NCBI GenBank assembly: GCA_965224085.1
Contig: CBDCYI010000011.1
Coordinates: 1,472,001-1,536,000, forward strand
Length of the DNA stretch: 64,000 bases
Direction of reading: 5' to 3'
Source of the DNA: Candidatus Marinacidobacterales bacterium
GTDB lineage: Bacteria; Acidobacteriota; Vicinamibacteria; Marinacidobacterales; SMYC01
Shown: in pieces, positions 37,689 through 47,674 of the stretch
Position numbering within the stretch: the stretch's first letter is position 1
Layout: the number at the start of each line of letters is the position of its first letter
Notes under the pieces: model-generated
The model's database searches: none
What the model saw: the letters and a program-made list of their open reading frames with translations, nothing else
Told to the model about the DNA's origin: nothing
Translations under genes and position numbers: made by a program

Positions 37689-38318
37689 TCATTTTCCATC
37701 ACTTTCACCAAGGGCCACAACAGCGGCAAATCCGACCCGCCCCTCTCGAACGAGCTTCGGCGTCGATCCCGTAATGTCGACGATGGTCGAAGCATGCCCG
37801 CCACTCGTGGCACCGCCGTCGAGGATCACATCGATAAGCTCGCCAAGCCCAGCCTCGACTTCCTCGGCCGTCATCGCAGGCGGACTCCCACTGACGTTCG
37901 CGCTTGTCGATGTCACAGGCCCCGCCGCCGATGCGAGCGCCCTCGCTACCGCGAGACTACTGATGCGAAGCGCGACCGTCCCGTCCTCGGACGCCGCCGC
38001 GACTCCGGGCAACGCTTGCACCACGAGAGTCAACGGCCCCGGCCAGAACTTCTCGACGAGACGCTGCATGAGAGCGGACGGCGCCACTGTGACGTCGGCG
38101 AGCTGCGATGTGTTCGCGAGGATGAGCGGCAGCGCACGCGAACGAGGGCGTCCCTTGATCTCGAACACACGGCGACACCCTTCGAGGTCGAAGGCAGACA
38201 CAGCCAACCCGTAGAATGTCTCGGTTGGATAGGCGATCACACCACCTCTGCTGAGCGACGCCACGGCACGACGAATCACGTCTGGCTCGGGACGGTCGCG
38301 CGCGATCTTCAACCGCAC
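37689..38318 (-). CDS. tsaC: L-threonylcarbamoyladenylate synthase
   Basis: YPTETFYGL, IKGRP, WPGPLTLV, STSANVSG, STIVD. Confidence 0.93.
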   Translation of the reverse strand: MRLKIARDRPEPDVIRRAVASLSRGGVIAYPTETFYGLAVSAFDLEGCRRVFEIKGRPRSRALPLILANTSQLADVTVAPSALMQRLVEKFWPGPLTLVVQALPGVAAASEDGTVALRISSLAVARALASAAGPVTSTSANVSGSPPAMTAEEVEAGLGELIDVILDGGATSGGHASTIVDITGSTPKLVREGRVGFAAVVALGESDGK

Positions 38319-38381
38319 CGACGGGCTCCCATGTAAGTGCCCATGTTATACTGCCTTCAACTCCGTTCGACTTCATCTTTT

Positions 38382-39860
38382 ATGATCATTCGCCCAGGGC
38401 GGTTTCTGTCGATCGCGATCGTGTTGATGTGGCTCGGGCTCATCGGCCTCCATATCTGGCGAGGCCACGCGCGCTCCGAAGCCTCGACCCTCATCGACCT
38501 GTCCGCGTCGAGCGGGCCCGCCGAGGCCGAACTGACACAGCGCGGAGTCTTCTATCGCGGCGAGCGGATCGGCTATATCCGCGAACGTCTCACACCCCTC
38601 GAAAACGGCTATCGCGCCGAGCAGAGCGGAGAGTTCACGCTAAAGCTTGTTGGACGGGAGCGTCCAATGAAGATGGAAGGTTCGGCTACGACCGGTTCTT
38701 GAGGAGAGCTGCGGACGTTCAAGTTCCAGCTCACAACATCGTCGCGCCGCTCCCCGTTTCAGACGACCGTACACGGGAGAGTCGACGGCAACCAGCTCGA
38801 GCTCACCATCCGTTCGAGCCGGTCGGAGAGGACAGAAACGAGAACGCTCGATGACCCCATATTGCTTCCATTGAACTTGTACTACTCGCTCGCGTCGAAC
38901 GGTTGGACGAGCGGGGAAACCTATCGCGTCCGTCTTTTCGATCCGATGACGCTCACCGAAGGCGAAGCGACGATCGAGGTCAAAGACCCTGAGATCGTGC
39001 GCTGGGGCGGGCACGAAGAAGAAGCGTTTCGCCTGCAAACAACGTTCGCCGGGCTGACGACAACCGCTTGGGTCAACGATACGGGTGAAGTGCTTCAGGA
39101 AGAGACGCCGCTCGGCTGGACGCTCCAGAAAGAAGCGCCTGGGAGCAGCCTTCAAGCACGAGAGGCAGGCGCAGCACCCGACATCTTGTTCGCTTCGGCC
39201 GTCCCCGCGATTGGTTTTGCAGGAGAGGCCGCCGAGCTAGACGCGGTCGTCTTGAAGCTGAACAGGTTCCCGGACGACTTTGATGAAACGGAGGGCGGAC
39301 GGCAAAGCGTCAACGAAGGCAACCTCCACATCGAGCGCGAGAGAGCACCCTTTACCGGGCGCGACGTCTTGTCCGAGGATGAGCTCAGACGCGCGCTCCG
39401 CGCCGATGCCTTCATCCAATCCGACGATCCCGAGATCCGCAAACAAGCGGAAGCGCTGACCGGAGGGCTCGACGACATCGACAAAGCGCGGGCGCTGACT
39501 GATTGGGTCTTCGACAACCTCGCGAAATCACCGACGCTCTCGATCCCGAGCGCCCGAGAAGTGCTCGACAACCGTGTGGGAGATTGCAACGAGCACGCGG
39601 TCCTGTTCGCGGCGCTCGCCCGAGCCGTCGATCTCCCGACGCGGGTCGCCACCGGGCTCGCCTATACTGGAGGTCAGTTCTACTACCATGCGTGGCCTGA
39701 AGTGTGGGTCGGCAGGTGGCTCGCCCTCGACCCGACATTTGGGCAGTTCCCGGCCGACCCCATGCACGTGCGTCTTCTCACGGGAGGACTCGAGACGCAG
39801 TACGAGATCCTCAAGATTCTAGGTCGGGGCGCGACCATAGAAGTCTTGGAGACCCGATGA
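38382..39860 (+). pseudogene. Transglutaminase-like domain protein with a single in-frame TGA (38700-02)
   Basis: ORFs 38337-38702 and 38862-39860 share a frame that is open between them; catalytic GDCNEHA, YHAW, DPT. Confidence 0.8.
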
Positions 39861-40606
39861 TCCGACTCGAAGAGCTCCACAAGAGCTACGGCCCATATGA
39901 GGCGGTGAAAAACCTCTCCCTCCACGTTCCCGCCGGTGAGCTCTTCGGTTTTCTAGGACCGAACGGCGCGGGCAAAACGACGACCATCAAGATGATCGCG
40001 GGCCTCTTGCAGCCCACATCGGGCCGTGTTTATCTCGGAGGCCACGATCTCGAACGCGAGCCCGTCGACGCCAAAGCGGTCCTCGGCTTCATTCCAGATC
40101 GACCATTCCTCTACGAGAAGCTCTCGGCCAACGAGTTTTTGCGCTTCATTGCAGGCATCTACGGATTCGACGGCAACGGCCTCGAAGGCCGCATCGACGA
40201 GCTCTTGGAGCTCGTCGAGCTGTCCCACGTCCGTGCCGAGCTCATCGAGAGCTTCTCACATGGGATGAAACAGCGCCTCGTCATGGCGGCCGCGTTCGTC
40301 CACCAGCCGAAAGTGCTCGTGGTAGACGAGCCGATGGTCGGTCTCGACCCCAAGGGCGCGAGGCTCATCAAGCAAGTCTTCCGCGACTACTGCGACAAAG
40401 GCCACACCGTTTTTGTCTCGACGCATACGCTCGACGTCGCCCAGGAGCTCTGCGATCGCATCGGGATCATCATGAAAGGCGAGCTCGTCGCCTGCGGCAC
40501 GATGGATGAGCTCAAGAGGAACGCCGCGATCGAACGCCACGACCTGGAGGAGATCTTCCTGAAATTGACCTCCGGCGAAGGCTTTCGCGAATCTGAGGAG
40601 AGCTGA
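39857..40606 (+). CDS. ABC transporter ATP-binding protein
   Basis: GPNGAGKTT, FSHGMKQR, VVDEP; ATGA-coupled to the upstream gene. Confidence 0.95.
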   Translation: MIRLEELHKSYGPYEAVKNLSLHVPAGELFGFLGPNGAGKTTTIKMIAGLLQPTSGRVYLGGHDLEREPVDAKAVLGFIPDRPFLYEKLSANEFLRFIAGIYGFDGNGLEGRIDELLELVELSHVRAELIESFSHGMKQRLVMAAAFVHQPKVLVVDEPMVGLDPKGARLIKQVFRDYCDKGHTVFVSTHTLDVAQELCDRIGIIMKGELVACGTMDELKRNAAIERHDLEEIFLKLTSGEGFRESEES

Positions 40607-40609
40607 GCG

Positions 40610-42319
40610 GTGAGATTCGAGTTCACCCCTGGCCAGGTCGCCGCGCTGCTTGTTCCCTCATGGCAGTCCTTACGCAACCGGAGACAGAAAGCCGGAAAGA
40701 GCGCGGTACTTCGCGGTTTCTTGTTCGCCTCTGTGGGGCTGGTCTTCGGCCTGTTCTTTTTCGGCGGCTTTTACCGGATGCTCCTCTATATCGGTCAATT
40801 CGCGGAGTTCACGGCGCCACTCACTCATCAAGTGCTGGGCACGACCTCGACCTTCATCTTGACGGTGCTCTTCGCGAGCACCGTCGTCACCGCGCTTTCA
40901 ACGCAATACTTGTCGGAAGATCTTTCTCTGCTCGTGAGCAGCCCTGTCTCTCTGCCCGCGCTCTACGGCTCGAGGCTCGTCTTGACCGCCATCCAGTCCT
41001 CTTGGATGGTCGTGCTCTTCAGCATTCCGATCTACGCAGCCTTCGCTTTGACGTCGCCGGCGCCTTGGGTGTTTCTCGGTGCGGCAGCGCTCGCGCTCGC
41101 GCCCCTCGTCGTGATTGCCGCCACCGTCGGCAGCATGGTGACATCGGTGCTCATGGCCGTCTTCCCCGCCCGGCGAGTTCGCGAAATGCTCCTTTTGCTC
41201 GCCGCGTTGTTCGTCGTGTTGCTCGTGTTTCTCATTCGCGTACAGCAGCCGGAGAAGCTCTTGAACCCGCGCTCCATTTACGACATCAGCGAGTTCTTCG
41301 CCGCATTCCAGACCCCGAGCTCGTCGCTACTTCCGAGCTCGTGGGCGACGAGCTTGCTCATCGCCGGACGCCGCGCCGAGCCCCTTCCCGCGATGCCGTT
41401 GGCGCTTTTATGGAGCACGGCCGCTGCGACGACCGTCCTTGGTTGTTGGCTCGCCCGCGCTGTCTACCATCTAGGCTATTCGAAAGCGCAAGAGTCGCGG
41501 CCGGCGAAGTTCTCGTCACTACCGGTCGTGGACCGAATCCTGGAAGCTGTCACGCTTCCGTTCGAAGTGCGCTTTCGCTCGCTCCTGTTGAAAGATATGC
41601 GGACGTTCGCGAGAGACGCGACCCAGTGGTCCCAGCTCCTGCTGCTTTTAGCGCTCGTCGTCGTTTATCTCTATAACTTCAGCGTGCTACCGTCGAACTT
41701 TACCTTCGCCACGTTCTTTCTCCAGAATCTCTTTTCGTTCTTGAATCTCGGCCTCGCGGGATTCGTCCTCGCAGCGGTGGCGGTCCGTTTCGTGTTCACG
41801 TCGATATCTGCGGAAGGGCTCGCGTTCTGGATCGTTCGCTCGTCACCGCTAACGCTAGATCGGTTCTTGTGGAGCAAGTTCTGGACAGCGATTCCACCGC
41901 TCCTCGTGCTGTCTCAAATTCTGACCCTCGCCTCCAACCATTTTCTCGGCGCCACGACGTTCATGACCGTGCTTTCAGCCATTACGATGTTGTGCGTCAC
42001 CTTCGGCATCGTGGGCCTCGGCGTCGGGATGGGAGCGATATTCCCGAGATTCAAGTTCGAGAACGTCACCCAGATCGCGGGAAGTGCTGGAGGGCTCCTC
42101 TATATGATCGCCGCAACATCCTTCGTCGCCGTCATTTTGTTTCTCGAAGCCGTGCCCGTCTATCTCTATCTGAGCGCGGAGTATCGCGGGTTACCGCTAG
42201 AGACGCGCGCGTGGCTCATCATCGCGGGCGCGCTCTCGTGCGTGCTCGTCGTGAACGCCCTCGCGGTATGGCTTCCCATGCGCATGGGCGCAAGACGTCT
42301 CGCAGCTATTGAACTCTGA
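40610..42319 (+). CDS. Putative ABC transporter permease
   Basis: About 14 TM helices; follows the ABC ATPase. Confidence 0.85.
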   Translation: MRFEFTPGQVAALLVPSWQSLRNRRQKAGKSAVLRGFLFASVGLVFGLFFFGGFYRMLLYIGQFAEFTAPLTHQVLGTTSTFILTVLFASTVVTALSTQYLSEDLSLLVSSPVSLPALYGSRLVLTAIQSSWMVVLFSIPIYAAFALTSPAPWVFLGAAALALAPLVVIAATVGSMVTSVLMAVFPARRVREMLLLLAALFVVLLVFLIRVQQPEKLLNPRSIYDISEFFAAFQTPSSSLLPSSWATSLLIAGRRAEPLPAMPLALLWSTAAATTVLGCWLARAVYHLGYSKAQESRPAKFSSLPVVDRILEAVTLPFEVRFRSLLLKDMRTFARDATQWSQLLLLLALVVVYLYNFSVLPSNFTFATFFLQNLFSFLNLGLAGFVLAAVAVRFVFTSISAEGLAFWIVRSSPLTLDRFLWSKFWTAIPPLLVLSQILTLASNHFLGATTFMTVLSAITMLCVTFGIVGLGVGMGAIFPRFKFENVTQIAGSAGGLLYMIAATSFVAVILFLEAVPVYLYLSAEYRGLPLETRAWLIIAGALSCVLVVNALAVWLPMRMGARRLAAIEL

Positions 42320-42395
42320 AGTCCTTCACGACGGACGGAACGGACACACTCCATACATTGGTCCTCGCCCAGGTATCGACTAGGTCGAACGCTCC

Positions 42396-42668
42396 TTATC
42401 GATACCCGTGGTGCTTCCGCTCCACATAGCACTTCACGTACCGCCCTTCCCGGGTTCGGTGGACGTGCCAGTAGCGTTCGTGATTATTGTGCGGCCGATA
42501 GTCGTGGCGTCCTCCGCGGTACCGGCATTCCACGAGGTGGTCGCAAGCTAGACGATGGTAATGATGATAGCCGGGCGGTGGCAGCGGAGACTCGTAATAA
42601 ACGGGGTGATGGTGTCCGCAAGCCGCCGCCATGGAAACAAACAGAACCGAACGAAGGGCGTTTGGCAT
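42396..42668 (-). CDS. Small His/Tyr-rich lipoprotein
   Basis: SD GAGGAG, lipobox AAAC, 14 His in 90 aa. Confidence 0.65.
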   Translation of the reverse strand: MPNALRSVLFVSMAAACGHHHPVYYESPLPPPGYHHYHRLACDHLVECRYRGGRHDYRPHNNHERYWHVHRTREGRYVKCYVERKHHGYR

Positions 42669-42704
42669 AACAATCTCCTCGGCGGCGGCCGTGCATGAGT
42701 AGAC

Positions 42705-42720
42705 AGCAAGAATCGTACCG
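42705..42720 (-). promoter_or_regulatory. sigma54 -24/-12 promoter for the His-rich lipoprotein
   Basis: Minus strand CGGTAC-GATTC-TTGCT (GG-N10-GC). Confidence 0.55.
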
Positions 42721-42773
42721 ATTGAAGGACCCTTCAAGCTCCATCGGCTGTCCCCCTGCGGAGACACCTTTGT

Positions 42774-43670
42774 TCACTTGCTGGAATCTTTTGCGCGAGG
42801 ATGATGGCTGTCGTAAATGCGCCGCAGCCGTTCCCGGCTCACATGCGTGTAGATCTGAGTCGTCCCGATATTCGAGTGGCCGAGCATGAGCTGCAAGCTG
42901 CGCAGATCGGCTCCACGCTCGAGCAGGTGGGTCGCGAAAGAATGCCGCACAACGTGTGGAGACAAAGCGCCTCGAATCCCGGCGGTGCGGCCGCACGCTT
43001 TCAGGATCTGAAAAAAACGTTGGCGCGTCATCGTTTTTCCCAGGCGGCTTAAGAACATCGCATCTTCTGCATCTGGCGCCCTCCGCAAGAGAGCCGGACG
43101 TCCCTCACGGAGGTAGCGCTCGATCCACTGTTTCGCGGACCGCCCGTAGGGCACGATACGCTCTTTGCGCCCCTTTCCTTGGCACACGAGATAGCCGATG
43201 TCGAAATTTAAATCGGCAATCCTCAAAGCGATGAGCTCCGAAACTCTGAGGCCGGTGGCGTAAAGCAGCTCGAGCATCGCGCGGTCCCGCAACCCTTCCG
43301 GGATGGCAGTATCGGACGCTTCGAGAAGGCCGTCCACTTCGTCCAAATTCAAGTAGCGCGGCAAGCTCTTCGGAAGTCGGGCCGAGTCGATCTGCTCTGC
43401 CGGATCGGTTCGGATCGTTCCTTCGGCAGCGGCAAACCGATAGAGACCTCTCACCGCCGAGCTCACCCGCCCGATCGAGCGCAGGGAAAGCCCCTGACGA
43501 TGCAAGTCCCGAAGAAAATCCCGTAGATCCGGAGCCGTCAGCGACGCGAGCGTTTTGCGGTGGCTCTTCGCATAGAGTTCGAGCTTTGCGATGTCCCGTC
43601 GATAAGCCACAATCGTGTTCGGCGACAGTCCTCTCTCGACCTCCAAGTAATGAAGGAACGCATTCTTCAA
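42774..43670 (-). CDS. xerD: Tyrosine recombinase XerD
   Basis: LELLYATGLRVSEL, GKGRKER, SPHVVRHSFATHLL, LGHSNIGTTQIYT. Confidence 0.95.
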   Translation of the reverse strand: MKNAFLHYLEVERGLSPNTIVAYRRDIAKLELYAKSHRKTLASLTAPDLRDFLRDLHRQGLSLRSIGRVSSAVRGLYRFAAAEGTIRTDPAEQIDSARLPKSLPRYLNLDEVDGLLEASDTAIPEGLRDRAMLELLYATGLRVSELIALRIADLNFDIGYLVCQGKGRKERIVPYGRSAKQWIERYLREGRPALLRRAPDAEDAMFLSRLGKTMTRQRFFQILKACGRTAGIRGALSPHVVRHSFATHLLERGADLRSLQLMLGHSNIGTTQIYTHVSRERLRRIYDSHHPRAKDSSK

Positions 43671-44461
43671 AACCGAACCGTCACGCCGAAATACTGACCG
43701 CGCAGCCGAAAGATTGCCCGGGATTCGGGCTCCACGTTCTTGAAGCGGTTGTACGAATTCCGATAGCCGTAGGAGAATCCAAGACTAGGGACCGCGTTGT
43801 AGGTTACCGAGAAGTCGACATCAGTCATGACACCGGTCGCCTCACGTTTCATCCCGAGCGCCTCCGCGCTCACCGCGAGGGCGGGCGTCAAATAGAGCCG
43901 CGACGCAATACCAAAAATCGGCAAGTCCATCGTGAGCAGCACCGGAGTCATTTCGGAGCCTGAAGAGCTGAAATCGGTCTTCGCCCGAAAACGCACCCAC
44001 TCTCCCGCAACAGCGAGAAATCCGTATTGTCCGCTCAAGAGATCGAACTCGACGCCTCCGCGTCTTTGTTCGAGCTCGAGAGAGTTCGTCAAGGTCGCGC
44101 CAGTCGGAAACGTGGTCCCTGAGATCGTCAAAGCCTCCGTAACGATCGTGTCTGCGTCGTAGCGAACGCGGAACCAATTTGCGCGGATCTTGATTCTCTT
44201 CGTCAAACGAACTCCGAAGTGATAGTCGAAGGTTTGCTTTTTCGGAAGGCCGAGAGCGAGCACCGGGTCGAAGTCGCTGCCGATACTTTCTGGATTCGAA
44301 AGACGCATCTCCGAGACGAGGTCGGAGCGCCATCGACGCAGCTCGAAATCGACCGTACTCTGCTCGCCATAATTGGACGACGGCCGTTGCGTCTGCGCCG
44401 TCGCAACGGTCTGCGCCATCGAGAATAGAACGAGGAGCACACACGTCTTTACAAATCCCAT
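43667..44461 (-). CDS. Hypothetical outer-membrane beta-barrel protein
   Basis: SD GGAGGTG, signal peptide, C-terminal YFGVTVRF. Confidence 0.7.
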   Translation of the reverse strand: MGFVKTCVLLVLFSMAQTVATAQTQRPSSNYGEQSTVDFELRRWRSDLVSEMRLSNPESIGSDFDPVLALGLPKKQTFDYHFGVRLTKRIKIRANWFRVRYDADTIVTEALTISGTTFPTGATLTNSLELEQRRGGVEFDLLSGQYGFLAVAGEWVRFRAKTDFSSSGSEMTPVLLTMDLPIFGIASRLYLTPALAVSAEALGMKREATGVMTDVDFSVTYNAVPSLGFSYGYRNSYNRFKNVEPESRAIFRLRGQYFGVTVRF

Positions 44462-44475
44462 TTCACCTCCGAAGG

Positions 44476-46167
44476 TTATTGTTTCAATGCCGCGAGTGCT
44501 TGATCCAACTCTCGGACTCGAAGAAGTTTGCACCCGAAAAAAAACACCGTGAGGCCAACGAGGATGGAGCTGCCAACTTGCAGTAGTCGCGTCCACACTA
44601 CGTCGTGCCCGAGAGAGCCGTCGAGGCTTAGAAAGGTGAAAAACGCGAACGCTCCCATGACCGCGGAGACTACCACCGTTTTACCGAAGGTCACGAGCGC
44701 ACTCTTGCCACCGAGACGCTCGAGCCCGCTTCGCTTTCGAAACAGGAGCCATAGGAAAACGAGCGAGATCGTCATCGTCGTCGACGTCGCGAGCGCCAGG
44801 CCTCGATGATCGAGCCCGAGCCGAATGACAAAGAGCCAATTGAGAGCCGCGTTCGTCAATATGCTCGCGAGGCTGACGACGAGCGGCGCGCGGACGTCCT
44901 GAAGCGCATAGAAGCCGTCCGTCACGATCTTGACGGCAGCGAAGCTCAAGAGGCCGAAGGCGTAGAAACGTAGAGCGCCAGCAACCTGCACCGTATCGTA
45001 CGGGGAAAAACGACCCTGCTCGAAGATCAGGCGTACGATGGGAGGCGCCAGCACGAGAAGACCGACCGTGGCGGGCACGGTGAAAAGGATCACGAGTCGC
45101 GTCGCGAAAGAGAACGTGTCGCGAAAACCGTCCGTGTCCTTTTTGGCCGCCGCGCGACTGAGGGCCGGGAGCGTCGCCACCGAGACCGCGACGCCAACGA
45201 GGCCTAGCGGTAAGTGCAAAATGCGAAACGCCTGGATGATCCACGTCATCCACCCTTCGCCCCGCGACGCGAAGATCGAGTTCACCAACTGATTGACTTG
45301 AACGGTCGAAGCGATCAGCGCTCCGGGCCCGAATAGACCCAACACCCTCCCGAGCAAAGGGTCACGAAAGTCGAAATTGGGACGATAGCGGTACCCGAGT
45401 CGAAACAAGGATGGAAGCTGCCACAAAAGATGCAAGATACCGCCCACGAGCACGCCTATCGCCACCCCGATGGCCGGATGCTGGCCGTATTGAGGGGCTA
45501 TGTAATAGCCGGTCACGCCGACGACGATCGACCCGACATTGAAAAACGCCGAAGCCAGCGCCGGAACAAGAAACCGCCCGCGCGCGTTGAGAACAGCCAT
45601 GACGAGGGCGGCGAGGGTGACGAAGAAAATGAACGGGAACATGATCTGCGTGAGCCGCACCGTGAGCTCCCGCTTCGTTGCGAAGCCGTAGCTTTCGTCC
45701 GGAACGAGCGGTGTGTCGAAGCCCGCGCCGGGAAAGATCCACGCCACGATGACCTCGGCATAAAGAATGCCGGCCAAGGTCAGCGCAGCCATCACAAGGA
45801 TCATCGCGTTCAACACCACGCTCACCAGACGAAGCGCGGCCTCTTTTCCTTCTTTCTCTTGGATCTCCGAGAACGTCGAGACGAACGCTTTGCTCAAAGC
45901 GCCTTCGCCGAACATGTCGCGAAACAAGTTCGGCAGTCGAAATGCCGCGTAAAACGCGTCTAACACGACGCGCGCCGAGAACAAGTAGGCAAGCACTTGC
46001 TCGCGGACAAGGCCGAGCACCCGCGAGACCATGACGCCGAAACTGACGATGCCCGCGGCACGAGTCAGGCGTTTGGGATCGAAAGCGTCGTCGTGCGCCG
46101 TTTGCTGACCATCGGAGTGGCGCTGGCCTCCGCAAGGCAAGCTCTCCGGCTCGGAGGGGGAAGCCAT
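44476..46167 (-). CDS. murJ: Lipid II flippase MurJ
   Basis: SRVLGLVRE, DAFYAAFRLPNLFR, EGALS, GFYALQD. Confidence 0.95.
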   Translation of the reverse strand: MASPSEPESLPCGGQRHSDGQQTAHDDAFDPKRLTRAAGIVSFGVMVSRVLGLVREQVLAYLFSARVVLDAFYAAFRLPNLFRDMFGEGALSKAFVSTFSEIQEKEGKEAALRLVSVVLNAMILVMAALTLAGILYAEVIVAWIFPGAGFDTPLVPDESYGFATKRELTVRLTQIMFPFIFFVTLAALVMAVLNARGRFLVPALASAFFNVGSIVVGVTGYYIAPQYGQHPAIGVAIGVLVGGILHLLWQLPSLFRLGYRYRPNFDFRDPLLGRVLGLFGPGALIASTVQVNQLVNSIFASRGEGWMTWIIQAFRILHLPLGLVGVAVSVATLPALSRAAAKKDTDGFRDTFSFATRLVILFTVPATVGLLVLAPPIVRLIFEQGRFSPYDTVQVAGALRFYAFGLLSFAAVKIVTDGFYALQDVRAPLVVSLASILTNAALNWLFVIRLGLDHRGLALATSTTMTISLVFLWLLFRKRSGLERLGGKSALVTFGKTVVVSAVMGAFAFFTFLSLDGSLGHDVVWTRLLQVGSSILVGLTVFFFGCKLLRVRELDQALAALKQ

Positions 46168-46294
46168 GCGACCATCATATTACATTTCATGTTATGTTAT
46201 GTTATTATTTTCTCATCCGCTTCTACGTCATGCCAATGGAGCAAACGCGGTGCCGCCAACCAAAACTCCGAAAAATTCGACGGGTCCACTCCCG

Positions 46295-46813
46295 TTGCAC
46301 GAAAGCGCTCCGCTCGCTGTATTGCTGTTCGTCTTCTGGGTGATCCTCTCCGGCAAGATAGACTTCTTTCACTTAGCAGCGGGTGCTCTGAGCTCGGCGG
46401 CGATTGCAGTGGCTACGTGTAAGCTCTACGCGCTTTCTCCGCCGGTAGGCCCGGCAGGGCGCCATCCCTTTTGGACTCTTCCCTGGACTCGCCTCGTGAC
46501 TTATGTTCCCTGGCTTGCAACGCAGATCGTCGTCTCGAGCTTTCAGGTGGCGCAGATCGTGCTGAGCCCGAAAATGAAGATCCGTCCGATCATCGTAAGA
46601 TTCGACCATCCTTTGCCCCACAATATCGCTCGGGCAACGCTCGCAAACTCCATCACGCTAACCCCCGGGACCGTGACCATCGACGTGCGCGGCAACGAGT
46701 ATGTTGTTCACGCGCTCACCGATGACGCCGCGGAGCCTCTTTTGAGCGCGGAACCGTCACCTTCAAACATGAAAGCGCGTGTCCGCCGGCTGTTCCGCAC
46801 TAACGAGAACTAG
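46295..46813 (+). CDS. mrpE: Na+/H+ antiporter subunit E (start uncertain)
   Basis: FWVILSG, LANSITLTPGT, VHAL. Confidence 0.9.
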   Translation: MHESAPLAVLLFVFWVILSGKIDFFHLAAGALSSAAIAVATCKLYALSPPVGPAGRHPFWTLPWTRLVTYVPWLATQIVVSSFQVAQIVLSPKMKIRPIIVRFDHPLPHNIARATLANSITLTPGTVTIDVRGNEYVVHALTDDAAEPLLSAEPSPSNMKARVRRLFRTNEN

Positions 46814-46833
46814 ACCCAACGCCTCCGCTGACG

Positions 46834-47103
46834 ATGACCACTTTCATCATGGCACTCACGATCGGCATTGCTCTCACGATGCTGGTGTCGCTCTATCGGC
46901 TCCTTCACGGCCCGACGCTATGGGATCGTTTGAGCGGTTTAGGGCTCGTCGGAACCAAGACGATCGTGCTCGTGCTCCTGATGGGCCGCCTCATCGGCCG
47001 CGAGGACATCTTCGTCGACATCACGCTGTCCTACACACTCATCAGCTTCATTGGGGCTTTGGCACTGGCCAAGTATTTCGAAGGCAAAGAGACCGGCCCA
47101 TGA
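46834..47103 (+). CDS. mrpF: Na+/H+ antiporter subunit F
   Basis: RLLHGPTLWDR; 3 TM. Confidence 0.9.
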   Translation: MTTFIMALTIGIALTMLVSLYRLLHGPTLWDRLSGLGLVGTKTIVLVLLMGRLIGREDIFVDITLSYTLISFIGALALAKYFEGKETGP

Positions 47104-47405
47104 CCGCTTTCGCGTGCGCTTTGCTCAGCTTGGGCTTCTTCTTCATCTTCGCGGGTGCGCTCGGCATCCTACGACTTCCAGATTTTTTCACCCGACTCCA
47201 TGCCATGGGCAAGTCCGACACCCTCGGGGTCGCTCTCATGGTGCTAGGGACGGCCGTCCTCGAAGGCGCCACCCTCAACGGCTTGAAGATCGTGTTGATC
47301 ATTTTTTTCGTCGGTCTCGCGAACCCTACCGCTACACACGCCCTCGGCCGAGCTGCCTATCGAAGTGGCCTCGTCCCTTGGGAATCTCCACGTGACACTG
47401 ACTAA
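47100..47405 (+). CDS. mrpG: Na+/H+ antiporter subunit G
   Basis: GILRLPDFFTRLHA, NPTATHALGRAA. Confidence 0.9.
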   Translation: MTAFACALLSLGFFFIFAGALGILRLPDFFTRLHAMGKSDTLGVALMVLGTAVLEGATLNGLKIVLIIFFVGLANPTATHALGRAAYRSGLVPWESPRDTD

Positions 47406-47427
47406 TGCCTAGCCCATCCGGCCGACG

Positions 47428-47670
47428 ATGATCGCACCGCTCGTGACTTTGTTTCTCGTAATGATGGTTCTGTGCGCCATCGCCGTGCTCCAAGTTTCGG
47501 ATCTCCTGGGTGCCGTGGTCATTTTTGGCGGGTTCAGTTTCTTCTCCGCCATTTTCTTCACGCTTCTTGGCGCGCTCGACGTGGCTTTCACGGAAGCAGC
47601 GATTGGCGCGGCCATAACAACGGTCTTTTTCGTCTCAGCCATCTACCGAACGAATCGAAGAGTGAGCTAG
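47428..47670 (+). CDS. DUF4040 / MrpB-associated small subunit
   Basis: ALDVAFTEAAIGA. Confidence 0.85.
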   Translation: MIAPLVTLFLVMMVLCAIAVLQVSDLLGAVVIFGGFSFFSAIFFTLLGALDVAFTEAAIGAAITTVFFVSAIYRTNRRVS

Positions 47671-47674
47671 CAGA

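Noticed and set aside
42774-43670. Tyrosine recombinase as an island or prophage integrase
   Set aside because: Sequence and context (downstream of murJ) fit housekeeping XerD; no att sites or phage genes
46180-46207. dif-like site (TTATGTTA resembles the XerD arm, and xerD is nearby)
   Set aside because: No XerC arm at the 6-bp spacing; better explained as TGTTA repeats
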